From positions 248,001-312,000 of the forward strand of contig JAANOX010000231.1 of assembly GCA_020184695.1 (NCBI GenBank): 64,000 bases of DNA. Direction: 5' to 3'. This document shows positions 31,993 through 43,855 of the stretch, one piece after another. How positions within the stretch are numbered: the first letter of the stretch is position 1; every line of letters begins with the position of its first letter. The notes under the pieces are model-generated. The model saw only the letters and a program-made list of their open reading frames with translations. It made no database searches and was not told the origin of the DNA. A program made the translations under genes and the position numbers. Source of the stretch: Histomonas meleagridis 2922-C6/04-290x. Taxonomy: Eukaryota; Protista; Parabasalia.

Positions 31993-33321
31993 TCAATTTG
32001 CTGTTGGCTCTCTCGACAATATCAGTGCCAATATTCCAACCACCATTGATACTGCGGATAGCCCCCACATTCCCACCTGATAAGCCTCGAATGGGTAATG
32101 TTTGTAGCTTCCGTAAGTTCCGATTATTCCGGAGCTTATCATTTGGTAGACAGCGCCGCCAACGAAAGGGCCGCAGTTACCACATCCGACGAATGTTCCG
32201 GACAAACTCAAATCACAATATTCCTTAAAGATAGCCAAAATAACTCCTTGTGAAGCGGTCGCTCCGACTCCAAAGAAGAAGAATAAGATAATAATAAGGA
32301 CAACGTGTAATTTCTTTGCAAATGTGAGAACAAGAGTACACACTAATGACAAGATGGCAGCAATTGTGATCACACGTTTGCGGCCAAATTTCTCGCCTAA
32401 CATGGGAAGGGTCGGAGATCCGACAATGATTGACGCGGAAAGTGTCATAGCGATGAACGATGCAGCATCTGCGCTAATGCCGTGAACATCTTGAAGATAT
32501 GGAATGCCCCACATGGCTGATGCATCTGTGAAGACGCCTGGTCCAAGGAACATAAAGATTTGGAGAATCCAGAAATCAATATTGATAACAACTTCTTTGA
32601 GATTACGGAAAAGTTGGATAACTGTGGTCTTAAATGGAGTCTTCTCTTGGAGTGGAATAGGTGAATAATAACCAAGCTTACGTGGATGTCCTCGGACAAA
32701 AATAAATGATAACGTCCCAACAACAACACTGATGATCGCAACGCCATTAAGACACCAACGCCATCCTATGGCATGACCAAGCATTGAAAGTGGGGCTTGA
32801 GAGAGAATAGAACCACATCCACCAATTGCAATTAATGAACCTGAAAATATACGGAAGGCTTTGGCTGAAAACCAGTTGGAGGCAATTTTAGTAGTGGGCA
32901 CAAAGATACCGGAACACCCAAAACCTACAATAAAACGTCCAACACAGGCAAGACCAAGATTTGATGAAAGACCGCAAAGAAGTGAGCCACCAGCAGATAA
33001 TATATTTGATAGCCCAATCATCATACCAGGCTCTAGAATATCAGAAAATGATCCGATAAATGGTTGCATTAAACCATAAGGCCAAAAATACATTGATGAA
33101 AGAATACCAAGTGATGTCTTTGGAACACCAAGATCTTTTGCCATGTCGTCTGCAAGAACGGCTGTTGTAAAACGATGAAAATAAACAAAAACATATGAAA
33201 TTGCAGCAATAACAACTGCAAGCCATTTCCTGAAATTATACATAAAACCTTCAGCTGGTTTAAGGTCTTTTTCAACAGAGATTAATGACATGTTCATATC
33301 CTGGGTTTCGAGAGAGTTCAT
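31993..33321 (-). CDS. Major facilitator superfamily transporter (12 TM)
   Basis: YFHRFTTAVL, YGLMQPFIGSFSD, GRFIVGFG and LGEKFGRKR loop motifs, with about 12 hydrophobic segments. Confidence 0.9.
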   Translation of the reverse strand: MNSLETQDMNMSLISVEKDLKPAEGFMYNFRKWLAVVIAAISYVFVYFHRFTTAVLADDMAKDLGVPKTSLGILSSMYFWPYGLMQPFIGSFSDILEPGMMIGLSNILSAGGSLLCGLSSNLGLACVGRFIVGFGCSGIFVPTTKIASNWFSAKAFRIFSGSLIAIGGCGSILSQAPLSMLGHAIGWRWCLNGVAIISVVVGTLSFIFVRGHPRKLGYYSPIPLQEKTPFKTTVIQLFRNLKEVVINIDFWILQIFMFLGPGVFTDASAMWGIPYLQDVHGISADAASFIAMTLSASIIVGSPTLPMLGEKFGRKRVITIAAILSLVCTLVLTFAKKLHVVLIIILFFFFGVGATASQGVILAIFKEYCDLSLSGTFVGCGNCGPFVGGAVYQMISSGIIGTYGSYKHYPFEAYQVGMWGLSAVSMVVGILALILSREPTAN

Positions 33322-33929
33322 TTTGTTGCTCTAGGACGATGAAAGATTAAACTATTCAAAAATAGTTTTGACATCACAATATAACTTTTTCAGAATCGTG
33401 ATGCATCGTTTTTTATCTAATTGTGTAAGAATTGAAATTTGTATTGAGCGTGACTTTTTTGATAAAATTACAACCACCCGCCCTAAACAGAATGAACGAA
33501 TTATCGTGCAATACATAAATTACGACTTTTTTTGTATTTTGTTGATATACATTCAATGGCTTCAAGCAACTTAACAATTTTATATGAATATTACTAATAT
33601 TTTGGGTGGGTTGTTCTAAAAATCAATAATATTTAAAGATTTATGTGATCTTTGAGTTGATAATGAGTGTGTTTCCTAGTACAGTTGAGGACTCCTTCAT
33701 AAAGAATTAAAAACAGAATTTTAGCTTATTGAACCTCAATGCTATATCCTTAATCAGATGCATAAGTGCTGTTAATCAAACAAAACAAACAACACACAGA
33801 ACAAGTAAATGATTTTTTTACATGAATATATAAATAATTAATAGCATATTAAATGCAACACAAATTCGATAAGATAAATTAAAAATTCTTATTAAGTTGA
33901 GTCAACTTTTAATCATGATTACGTTTAAT

Positions 33930-34852
33930 TTAGAAGCACTTGCGGTGGACAATTCCTGGACCGGCTTCGTTGTATTCGTCACGTGTGATAACCATTTGTG
34001 GGAATGTGGCAAGGGAGGGTTTGGTCGATACCTTCGAATTCGAAGCCATTGAAGTGTGGTTTGAAAAGAAGTTCTGGGCACCTGAAGCGCTCGTTGGCGA
34101 TGGTGATGACGTTGCCATCTGGAAGTGTGTATGAGATGTCGCATTCGGATGTTGTGGCGGCCTTGTTCATTTCTTCGTCGAAATCAAGTGCAACATATGC
34201 GTGCTTCTCCTTGATATCACGAACAATTTCCTTTTCGGCGGATGTTGTGAAGGTGTAACCACGTTCGTTAAGGATCTTTTGGAGGTAGGCTGTGAGATCA
34301 CGACCGGCGAGGTTGATACGCATGATGGCGTGTGGAAGGGAGTAGCCTTCGTAGGTGGAACTGTGTGGGAAACACCATCACCTGCATCGAAAACGATACC
34401 GGTTGTACGACCTGATGAGTAAAAGGGAAAGAACGGCTTGGATACCAACATAGAATGCTGGAACGTTGAATGTTTCAGATTGGAGTTGGATCATCTTTTT
34501 CACGGTTGGCCTTTGGGTTCATTGGGGCTTCTGTAAGAAGAACTGGGAGTTCAGATGACTCAACACGTAATTCGTTGTAGCATGTGTGGTGCCAGATCTT
34601 TTCCATATCGTCCCAGTTGGTAACGATACCGTGTTCAATTGGGTACTTAAGGATAAGGATACCTGCCTTAGCGCATGCTTCATCACCAACATATGTATCC
34701 TTGTTTTGACCACCTGCGATTGTTTGGACATACTTTGGACGACCAACAATGGATGGGAAAACTGAGCGTGGTGCTTCATCACCAGCGAACCCAGCCTTGC
34801 ACATACCGGAACCATTATCGATAACTAATGTTTGAACTTCGTCTTCAGCCAT
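33930..34852 (-). pseudogene. Actin pseudogene with three single-base frameshifts and an internal deletion of about 70 codons
   Basis: [16 protein letters not shown] start and IVHRKCF* end. Indels lie near 34498, 34422 and 34355. GIDQTL is joined directly to (S)LATFPQMV at about 34015. Confidence 0.93.
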
Positions 34853-35669
34853 TAGGATAAATATGAAGTGATGGCTAAGGTGACGTGACTCATACAAAAA
34901 ATTGCGGACAAACCGGGCATGCTTGTGCGGCTTTTTTACAACAGTTGGCCGTTAAATTATTGAAAAGCCATCTTTTTTTCTATGCACAACGATGGAATTA
35001 CAACACTTTTTGTGGAATGATTCATTTTTAGATAATATTAATCTGATTTTCATCATGAATATCAAACCGCTTGACCAAGTATCGCACTTTTTCAATTTGT
35101 ATGTATGCATACATTGAGCTCAATTTGCTTAACTTTGTACACTCAGTTCAAAACCCCGTTTGCTTTTTCAAATTGAACTCAAAAGCATTCAAAAGTGTTC
35201 CAACCGCCTGAATGAAGCTTTAATGAGGGGTGAACGCTCGAAGTGCCTTCAAGTATTCCTGTCATTTTACAAAATAATATTATATACATACAATATGTAA
35301 TGTATAATATATTTATCATGAGGAGAATTAAAATATAATACTTAGTAAGGCGCTGAATTAAGCACAGAAAGAAAACGATATTAAGTTCTAAATATAGAAA
35401 AAATAAATCCATTAAGGCATTATGTAGATTATAATTAAAATTATTCTAGTTTTTTTGCTGTATGTTTTTATAAGGAATTAAGGTAGAATTTACTTAAATT
35501 ATAATTCCATCTAAGAAGTAATTTTTTACTTGATTAAAATATATGATCTCTTGAAACAATTTGTTATTTGTTATCTATATGTTGTTTCCTCCTTGATGTA
35601 ATATTATTTGTAATTTTGATGAAAACCAATAAACAAAGACGAATGCCTTTCTTTACTGAATGGGTGTTA

Positions 35670-35864
35670 TAGTCTCTATTAAAACAAAAAAATTTTGCAC
35701 CCAAAATATTTGCACTTTATATAAATATTAATAATTTTATATTTCAAAATAATATTTGGAAATCATTGAAAATATTTTATACAGCATATAGGATTGCAGT
35801 TTCATGGAATCAGATAGAAATCGTTAACGATTTTTTATGGAGATCAAATGATAGAAGATATTGA
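35670..35864 (+). pseudogene. Isolated ankyrin repeat remnant with the same interrupting element
   Basis: TTTCAAAATAATATTTGG + 21 nt + ACAGCA, followed by TAYRIAVSWNQIEIV. Confidence 0.55.
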
Positions 35865-36124
35865 TTTTAAATTGATTTTTTGCTATTTTTATAATCGGAT
35901 TTTGATAAAAATATTTTTGACATTGCAAAATGCTGTGTTACAGGTGTTATTTTATCAGCAAAAATCATATGATGGTGCTTTAACAGAGTTTATTTTTCTG
36001 GTGTTAATTAAGTGATTATTTAAAATGAAATGAAAAATGAATGATTTGTCCAATGAATATTCATTCATTTTCACAAACTCACTTTTCAAGTAAATTTTTT
36101 GAGTTTTTTTCTTTATTTAAAATA

Positions 36125-36137
36125 AACGGTTTTCATT
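36125..36137 (+). promoter_or_regulatory. M3 (AACGGTTT) plus Inr (TCATT) upstream of the Kelch gene
   Basis: The two motifs are adjacent, about 30 nt before ATG 36166. Confidence 0.55.
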
Positions 36138-36165
36138 GAAAACTCATCTAAGAAATCCAAGAAAA

Positions 36166-37377
36166 ATGGGGACAAACCAAAGCAGGGGCACAACAAACGT
36201 AGCCCCTCGTCCTCAAATTTTAGGGTTGCGTTCCTCTGAAGACAACCCATACCAAATTCAAGATGATGCAGAACATAATAATCTATTTGTTGGTGGTAAG
36301 TTATTAATTAAATCTGCTTTTGCTGGAATATGGTCGATGAAGGATTCTCCATCCAAGCTTTGTCCCCTTCCACGCATTGGTCATTTCACTGCTGTTGATG
36401 AAGATAATAATTTTGTTTATATTGGTTATGGAGTTTCATCAAAAAGCGAATTACTTAATGATGTATGGAAATTCAATTTATCCACTTTCGAATGGACGCA
36501 ACTCAATCTCACTGGAAACATTGCAACACCTCGTTGTGGGTCACGAGCCGTATATTCAGATGGGAAAATTTATATTTTTGGAGGGTTTAAAGATCCTGAA
36601 TACTATGGTGATCTTCATGTCATTGATACAAATACAAATGAAGTTTTATTCCCAGTTTGTCGAGGCTTCATTCCACCCCCACGCTCGACCCCAATTATGG
36701 GGATCTACAACAACAAGCTTTACGTTTTGAGTGGTTTCTATCATACATGCGATAGGAACATCAACATACTGGATCTTTTGTCTTTCACATGGACAACAAT
36801 TGATTCCGGCATTTCAGCACGTACAGCGGCTCCTTCTGTTATTTATCAAAGTCAGTTATTCTCATATGGAGGATCACAGATTGGAGGAGTTTTTTCTCTT
36901 GACCTAGAGACGAACAAATGCGACATGCTTGAAACTCGTGGTCCATGTCCGCCCATCACTACAATGAATGCGGCCATGGTTCTTGTTGAAAATTACGTTT
37001 TTTTCATCGGCGGGAAACGGGGTGCCCAATACACTTTTGTTTACACCTATGACATCAAGAAGCAATGGTGGTTTGTATTTCATATAGAACCAGATGGAAT
37101 AACACTTTCGTTCCAAGATGGATATTTAAATAGTCATGGGCTATTTATGGTGCCATGTTATCATTCGTTTTCTGCTTGTTACATTAAGCAGAAAAGAGAA
37201 ATTTTGATGTTCTTGGGTTCGCAAATGATCGATCCGCCACCGCTGTTCTCTATTGATATTGGCGATGCTATGTCATTCATACATTTAAGAGATGACATGT
37301 ATGATGCACTGATGGCATTCGTAACACCTAAAAAGTCTCCGGAACTTAATGATTGTGATCAATATAACGATGCGTAA
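36166..37377 (+). CDS. Kelch-repeat beta-propeller protein, probably N-myristoylated
   Basis: PRIGHF...YIGYG, PRCG...YIFGG, PRS...YVLSG, FSYGG and FFIGG kelch blades; starts MGTNQS. Confidence 0.85.
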   Translation: MGTNQSRGTTNVAPRPQILGLRSSEDNPYQIQDDAEHNNLFVGGKLLIKSAFAGIWSMKDSPSKLCPLPRIGHFTAVDEDNNFVYIGYGVSSKSELLNDVWKFNLSTFEWTQLNLTGNIATPRCGSRAVYSDGKIYIFGGFKDPEYYGDLHVIDTNTNEVLFPVCRGFIPPPRSTPIMGIYNNKLYVLSGFYHTCDRNINILDLLSFTWTTIDSGISARTAAPSVIYQSQLFSYGGSQIGGVFSLDLETNKCDMLETRGPCPPITTMNAAMVLVENYVFFIGGKRGAQYTFVYTYDIKKQWWFVFHIEPDGITLSFQDGYLNSHGLFMVPCYHSFSACYIKQKREILMFLGSQMIDPPPLFSIDIGDAMSFIHLRDDMYDALMAFVTPKKSPELNDCDQYNDA

Positions 37378-38018
37378 AATGTATACGTTGAACTTAATTA
37401 AAATGTGAATTTATAACTAAAAATAAAGTTATGTTTCTTACAAAGAATTCTTGACTAGGGATTTAAAAATGGGGAAGCTTCTGACCCCAAAAATTATGAA
37501 TTAAAGCACCAGCAAAGCCTTTGAACAGAATATTTTTACACTTTTTTAAAAGATTTAATGCTGTGTTTTGAAAGAAATTTAATCGTTTTGGACGATTAAT
37601 ACCAATTTAAATTTATTTTTTCAATTGAAAATCGTTTTTTAAATAGGGGAAAAAGAAAAACATGAATATTTTCGTTAAATATCAAGACTTAATGAGTCTT
37701 TCATTTAATGAAAGTATACATTTGGTTCAACCAACAACAATAATAATAAGACCAAGATCCATATATTCAAATCAATTTTATTCATGAATGTTGTGTAACC
37801 ATTTGCATGTTTCTATAAAAATTTAATAAAACAAATGTTTATTCATAACGTTAAATTGGGATTCGATTTCCATATGTTTCTATAAAATAAATTTGTAATA
37901 AATTAGCAAGTAAGAAACAGAAGATAAATAATATAATTTTGAAATTTTGTTTATTTAATGATCTATTTAGCTTCTATTTTAAATAATAAAAGTTTATTCA
38001 AAAGTTAATTTGAAATAT

Positions 38019-38987
38019 CTAATTATTTTGGTAAACTTTAGCTTTGCTTGCTATTAATTCTTCTCGTTCACGAATCAATTCAACTATTTCAGTATGACCA
38101 TTTTCAGATGCACTCATAAATGCTGTTTGAAATAATTTAAATAATTTCCAAATATTATTTTGAAACATAAAATTATTAAGATAAATTTTATATAAAACAA
38201 TCAAATACCTTTAGCACTAATATCAATTCCTTCTTTTCCTATTATGTATTTAACAAGTACAATGTTTCACGATTCTGATGAGAAAACTAAAATACTTTTT
38301 GGGATTTTATAATTTATAAGAAAATGTTTTCCAAGAAATATATTTCCAACTGCATATTTACCTGTGTTTTCTACTTTTGCACCATTCATAAGTAAATATT
38401 TAAAGCATTTAACTGATCCAAAAAATGCTGTATAATCAATTAATGTAACTTTTTCTTGATTAATAAATTCACATCTTTCATAAAGTGATGGTTCAATTGT
38501 TTGATTAAAATCAAAATCATTTTGTGATGATATTTTTTGAAGTTTTTCTATTTCATCATTTAGGATTAACTCCTTCTTCAATTTATTGCTTATGAAGTTC
38601 CCAATCGTTTGATGAAAGTTCTTCATAGTTCTCTTCTGGTATGATCATATATCCATCTGCAATTAATTTTTTGATTTTTTCTTCAGGTAAATAATGCACA
38701 AAATATAAATTATGACGTATTTTAAGTTTTTTTGATTCTAGCATTTTGTGTTTAATCATATTTTCAAGAAGATAATTTGATTCTTGTGTTTTCATGTCAA
38801 GAAGAAGACGAGAAAATACATCAAAAAAATTTATTTTACTTTTATTTTTATCATCAAATGTATCGAATTCCTTTAAAAAATGAAAAAACGTATCAAAATC
38901 ATTAATTTTTGTAACAAATAATGTGTGCGCCATTTGGCTGATAATTGTATTAAAAGATAATGGATAAATTTTCGAATTTTTTTTCAA
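38019..38987 (-). pseudogene. DUF3447/ankyrin-family pseudogene with a frameshift, an in-frame deletion and an 80-nt insert (38127-38206)
   Basis: TLIDYTAFFGSVKCFKYLLMNG, then KYAV joined directly to GNIFLGKH (about 85 codons absent versus the 1325 copy), SES*NIVLVKYII and FQTAFMSASENGHTEIV. Confidence 0.8.
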
Positions 38988-39384
38988 TATAATACTTGAT
39001 TTAGTAAAATTTTCTTTACCGAAGCTAAAAACTATGTGCTTAATGGATACAAGTAGTTCCCATTCACTTAGTATAAATTTTCTTCATCAAGATTTTCCTG
39101 AAAAGGAAATAGCCGTCATTTCCATTCAATCCAGTTCCGGTTAGAAGGGGCACCCTGTACCACTTGGAATAATGTTAGATTTGATACAATAAAGAAAATA
39201 AAATTGTACATAAACCCTATGTGAAATATGTGATTAAGATGATATGATTTTTTTTTAAATGCATTTCCCATAAAAAACATGTTGCAATTAGATCCTATCG
39301 TCTTTTTGATTGTGTTGAATTCGAAAAAGTGCCAGATTCATCTAACGGTCTCTCTAACTGAAATTCATGGTGTGAAAACAAATC

Positions 39385-40332
39385 ATGGAAAACGACATTA
39401 TACCACCAGACAATCATGAACCTTCTGAAACAAGTACACAAGAAAACTCACAACATTCAATTGAATCAGATAATTCTTACCAAGAGCCAACAACCGAAAA
39501 TAATTCTCAGCTGAGCAATGCTAGTGCACGAAATAATGACTTACAATTTGTTGATCCAATTACAGGAATTCCGATTTCAGAAGAAGATCTTTCAAATCGA
39601 GAAGCGGAACTTGCAAGGCGAGAACAAGAAATTGAAAAATTAGAACAGCAACTCCGAGATGGTACCATAAGCAGCCGACCTAAAAATATTCCACCTTTTT
39701 TCCCATTATGGTCATATTATCCAGATGATGATCTTCCATCCAGTAAGGTAAAAATTGCCAAACAAATATTTATTATCTACTGCATCTGTGGCGTTGTTTA
39801 TCTTATCAACTTAATTGGTGCAATTTCATGTTTTGATTCAGATACTTCAAAACACACAACATCTCCTGCCACCAAATTGGTTCTTTCCATTATTTACCTC
39901 TTTGTCTTTGTTCCTTTGTCATTCGAGTGTTCCTACTTTGTCTTATATGATTCTCTCATATCTGGTAAAGGGCTTCGATTCTTCTGGTTCATGGTTACAT
40001 ACTTCATATGGTTTGCTGTTTTGGTGATAAATTTAATTGGATTAGATGGTGGAGGTTCTGTCGGATTTATTCAAATGGTCAATTTGTTCGGAAGTAAAAC
40101 GAAAGCTGCTGCAATTTTTGGGCTATTTTTTTGTTTGCTTGGGATAGCGGAAGCAGCAGGAATGGTGTATACGTTTATAAAACTTATAAAGATATACAAG
40201 TCAGAAGGATTAATGGGAAAAGCACTAGATGATGCTTCTACGTTAGCAATGCAAATGAAAATTGATAGTGGAAGTCCGGTTTCGCAAGAAGAATATGTTG
40301 TTGGATCTCAAACTTATGAACCAATGAACTAA
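39385..40332 (+). CDS. SCAMP family secretory carrier membrane protein
   Basis: Coiled coil ELARREQEI, KNIPPFFPL motif, four TM helices with the FVPLSF..Y..LY E-peptide region, and GSVGFIQMV. Confidence 0.88.
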   Translation: MENDIIPPDNHEPSETSTQENSQHSIESDNSYQEPTTENNSQLSNASARNNDLQFVDPITGIPISEEDLSNREAELARREQEIEKLEQQLRDGTISSRPKNIPPFFPLWSYYPDDDLPSSKVKIAKQIFIIYCICGVVYLINLIGAISCFDSDTSKHTTSPATKLVLSIIYLFVFVPLSFECSYFVLYDSLISGKGLRFFWFMVTYFIWFAVLVINLIGLDGGGSVGFIQMVNLFGSKTKAAAIFGLFFCLLGIAEAAGMVYTFIKLIKIYKSEGLMGKALDDASTLAMQMKIDSGSPVSQEEYVVGSQTYEPMN

Positions 40333-40609
40333 ATAAATTATACTATGTGCCAATGAATATTTTTAATTTCTCATCAAAGTGCTGGCTTATTTAGTGTTAG
40401 AAGGATTACAGTATTTTTGAAGCTAAAATTTTAGCATCACAACGGTTATTTATTGAAAACACAAAAAACCGACAGTTGTAAACGATTGTCATAATGAATG
40501 TTTCGATGGAAAATAATCGTAAACGATAATTTAAATTCAATTTTTTTAAAGGTTTATATGTGGCGAAATACCCTTTGAATTTTTCTGGTATGAAATTTCA
40601 TTATTTATT

Positions 40610-42103
40610 ATGTCGAAGCATCCTAAGGTTGATCCTAGTTTGATTCGCATGGTTGAGCCATGCGTCTATGAAATACCAATTGGTTTTGTTCCAAACATGC
40701 GCGTACCAGGAAAATTCTATGCAACACCTGATATGGCAGAATTAGCATTTAGCGAGCTCCAAAATTGGATTGATAACCCTAATACTGGCCTTCCATCTAT
40801 TATTCAAATTGCTTATGTTGCTACACTTCCAGGCATTTCCCAAGCCTCCATTGGTATGCCTGATATGCATTCAGGATATGGCTTTTCAATTGGAGGTGTT
40901 GCTGCCTTTGATACCAGTGATCCCAATAGCATTATCTCACCTGGTGGTGTTGGTTATGATATCAATTGTGGTGTTCGTTGTCTTACAACCAATCTTACTC
41001 TTCCTGAGATTGAGCCTGTCCGAAAGCAACTTATTGATTCCATTAATCGTAACATTCCTACTGGTGTTGGAGGAAAGCGCAAGAAGTTTATTACCAAATC
41101 AGACATTCCAGATATTCTTACAAATGGTGCCAAATGGGCTGTTGATCATGGTTATGGTGTTCCCGAAGATTTAGCCAATTGCGAAGAAGGGGGATGTGTT
41201 TCATATGCAGATGCAAGTTTAATATCCGAACGAGCCATTCTCCGTGGCATGGACCAAGTTGGTACATTAGGTTCTGGAAATCACTATGTTGAAGTCCAAG
41301 TTGTCGACGAAATCTTCAACGAAGAAGCCGCAAATGTCATGGGCTTATTCAAAGGGCAAGTTGTTGTAATGATTCACACTGGTTCTCGCGGCTTGGGTTA
41401 CCAAGTTGCCGATGAGTTCATCAAGGAAATGGAAAAGAACTATAAAGACGATTTACCCGATCGCCAATTATGTAGTGCGCCACTTAACAGTGAGCTTGGG
41501 CAACGTTATTTGCACTCTATGGGCGCTGCAGCTAACTTTGCGTGGTGTAATCGCCAAGTCATTATGCATTTTGTTCGCGATTCATTTAAGCGCGTCATGA
41601 AACGGGATGACTTAGAAATGCATTTGATTTATGACGTTGCACATAACATCGCAAAAATCGAGAAACATGTCGTCGATGGAGTCGAAAAGGAATTTGTTGT
41701 GCACCGAAAAGGCGCAACAAGAGCATTCGGCCCGGGCCGAGAAGAAATCCCCGAAAAGTACCGCGCGATTGGACAGCCAGTTCTAGTTGGCGGGTCACTC
41801 GGCACAGCTTCTTACATATTGTTGGGTACCGACGCTGACAAGAATAAGTCATTCGGGTCGACTTGCCATGGCGCTGGAAGGACGATGTCAAGGTCGAAGG
41901 CATTGCGAGAGATTACTTCCCAAAAGATAAAGGGAGAGCTCAAGGAAAAGGGAATAGAGGTCAGAGCAGCAAACAATAAGACAGTGATCGAAGAGGCGCC
42001 GGAAAATTATAAAGATATAGAGCAGGTGGTCGAGGCATGCCAAATAGTAGGCGTGTCTTCAAAGGTCGCAAGGTTAGTGCCGATTGGAGTCATTAAGGGA
42101 TGA
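40610..42103 (+). CDS. RTCB: RNA-splicing ligase RtcB (eukaryotic/archaeal type)
   Basis: MPDMHSGYGFSIGG, GYDINCGVR, GSGNHY, HTGSRG, YDVAHN, STCHGAGR and terminal PIGVIKG; the catalytic residues are intact. Confidence 0.97.
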   Translation: MSKHPKVDPSLIRMVEPCVYEIPIGFVPNMRVPGKFYATPDMAELAFSELQNWIDNPNTGLPSIIQIAYVATLPGISQASIGMPDMHSGYGFSIGGVAAFDTSDPNSIISPGGVGYDINCGVRCLTTNLTLPEIEPVRKQLIDSINRNIPTGVGGKRKKFITKSDIPDILTNGAKWAVDHGYGVPEDLANCEEGGCVSYADASLISERAILRGMDQVGTLGSGNHYVEVQVVDEIFNEEAANVMGLFKGQVVVMIHTGSRGLGYQVADEFIKEMEKNYKDDLPDRQLCSAPLNSELGQRYLHSMGAAANFAWCNRQVIMHFVRDSFKRVMKRDDLEMHLIYDVAHNIAKIEKHVVDGVEKEFVVHRKGATRAFGPGREEIPEKYRAIGQPVLVGGSLGTASYILLGTDADKNKSFGSTCHGAGRTMSRSKALREITSQKIKGELKEKGIEVRAANNKTVIEEAPENYKDIEQVVEACQIVGVSSKVARLVPIGVIKG

Positions 42104-43499
42104 TAATGATTTTGATCTTATTGTTTATTGAATCAATATAAATATTTAACTCGAAATAAACAATAAATAATTTTATGTTTTTATTTACATTTTAAGTTTT
42201 GCTTTCGTGATTTATGAAGTACGCGGTGCCGAAGTTCCGGCCCACCAAAAAAATATTTATTCTCAATGATTATTAAGCACCTAATGAAGTTTTTGATAAA
42301 TGCGTCGAAAATAATTTAAAGCTTTTCAAATATGAAATCGTCAAATATACATATAATTTTATTTGTTTATCATACCATATGAATTTATCTCGTAATTAGT
42401 TTGGAATATTCAACCATTTTCCACTTTCGTACGCCGATCAACCTTCTCCGTTATTTTTTAAATTCGATGTCATTAAGAGAAGTGTTTTAGGATGGCATTT
42501 AGGAGACTACTTTTTTTTTATGGAAAATATTCTGTAGAGAAAAGGTTGTTATTACAGTATTACCCTAATTTTATCAAATTTATTAAAAATATACATTCCG
42601 CTTAATAATAAATCATTACAACTTAGGTTAATAAAATTATATGCTATTATTGAAGGCCTCAAAAAAGAGACGAAATTCAAAAATCGCAGTATTTATTTTT
42701 TGATAAATTAATTGATACGAAATTTCTTGCACACAATAATATCAAAAGAACAATTTTTGAGCACTTTTCTGACCATAAAAATATAAATATCTCAATAAAG
42801 AATTAAAATTATAAAAAATAATATGTTTTTTTTAAAAATTTAGTTTATTTTTATATTATAGCTAGAAAAAATGGCCACTGCCCCTTCATAAAACTTTTTA
42901 ATATAGAATTCAAAAAAAAGTGAGAAAAAAATGAAAAAAATTATCCTTTAAATTTCAAGAATTACCATTTTAAAAATAAAATATACATCAAAAATAATTA
43001 AGATTGGTCTCAAATAATACTTATTTTGAAAAAATTGATTTAAAAATTTTCATTTTGATCTGATTATTTTCCCCTCAATTTGAAAGCATACTTTTATTCA
43101 TGTGATGATAAAGATCTAATAAAAATCAAAAAATTCACCAGAATATGTTTGTTTTCAGTTTGATTACTCTAAAGATTCAAAAAAAGCAAGCTATTGGCTT
43201 TAATATGTCATTCTCACCAACCTTGGAAAATCACAAAATTCCTTAGGGCTTATCAAATATATGTATAAAAAAAATTAAATTCATATTATTTTTTTTAATA
43301 CTTGGTTTCTAAACATAAGCATCTAATATATGTAAACAAAATCTTTATATTAAATTTAAGAAGAAAGTATTTGATTTTATTTCAAAAAAAATTGTCATTT
43401 ATTATTTCATGAAGTATAGTAAATGATTGGTTAAAGTATGGTTCTATTATTAATTGAAATAACATGTAAAAATGAAATTATTTTATTTAAATATTTTAC

Positions 43500-43790
43500 T
43501 TATATAATGGGCTTTTCATTGTTTAAAGTTAAATCGGATCAGATGAAAAACATCTTTGCTTTATTTGGCAAATTCTCCATCTTTGAACTTTTTTTTTTTC
43601 AAAGTTTAAGTTATCATATAACCAATCCATGCATCCTTCGTAGTCTTTGTGGTACATTTTTGCATCTGATGGAAATGTATTATCTAGATGAAGTACTAAT
43701 CCCAATAAACCGGGAGTGTGGCCAGGCAAAGTGGCCACTTCGACCAGGGAATAATTCTTTGTTCACATAATTAATTTCTTTTCGAACTTG
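43500..43790 (-). pseudogene. Metallo-beta-lactamase-fold (AHL-lactonase-like) C-terminal remnant
   Basis: With one frameshift it reads ELFPG.EVATLPGHTPGLLGLVLHLDNTFPSDA...YDNL, the GHTPG metal-ligand motif. The N-terminal HxHxDH region was not seen. Confidence 0.65.
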
Positions 43791-43855
43791 GAAAATTTGA
43801 TCTCTAATATACCAACCATGCATGGTTGTATAATGTTTGTACAAACATTGTTTAT

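Noticed and set aside
40610-42103. RtcB proximity to the ankyrin inserts as evidence of a linked splicing system
   Set aside because: RtcB is a housekeeping tRNA ligase, and linkage in a eukaryotic genome carries no weight.
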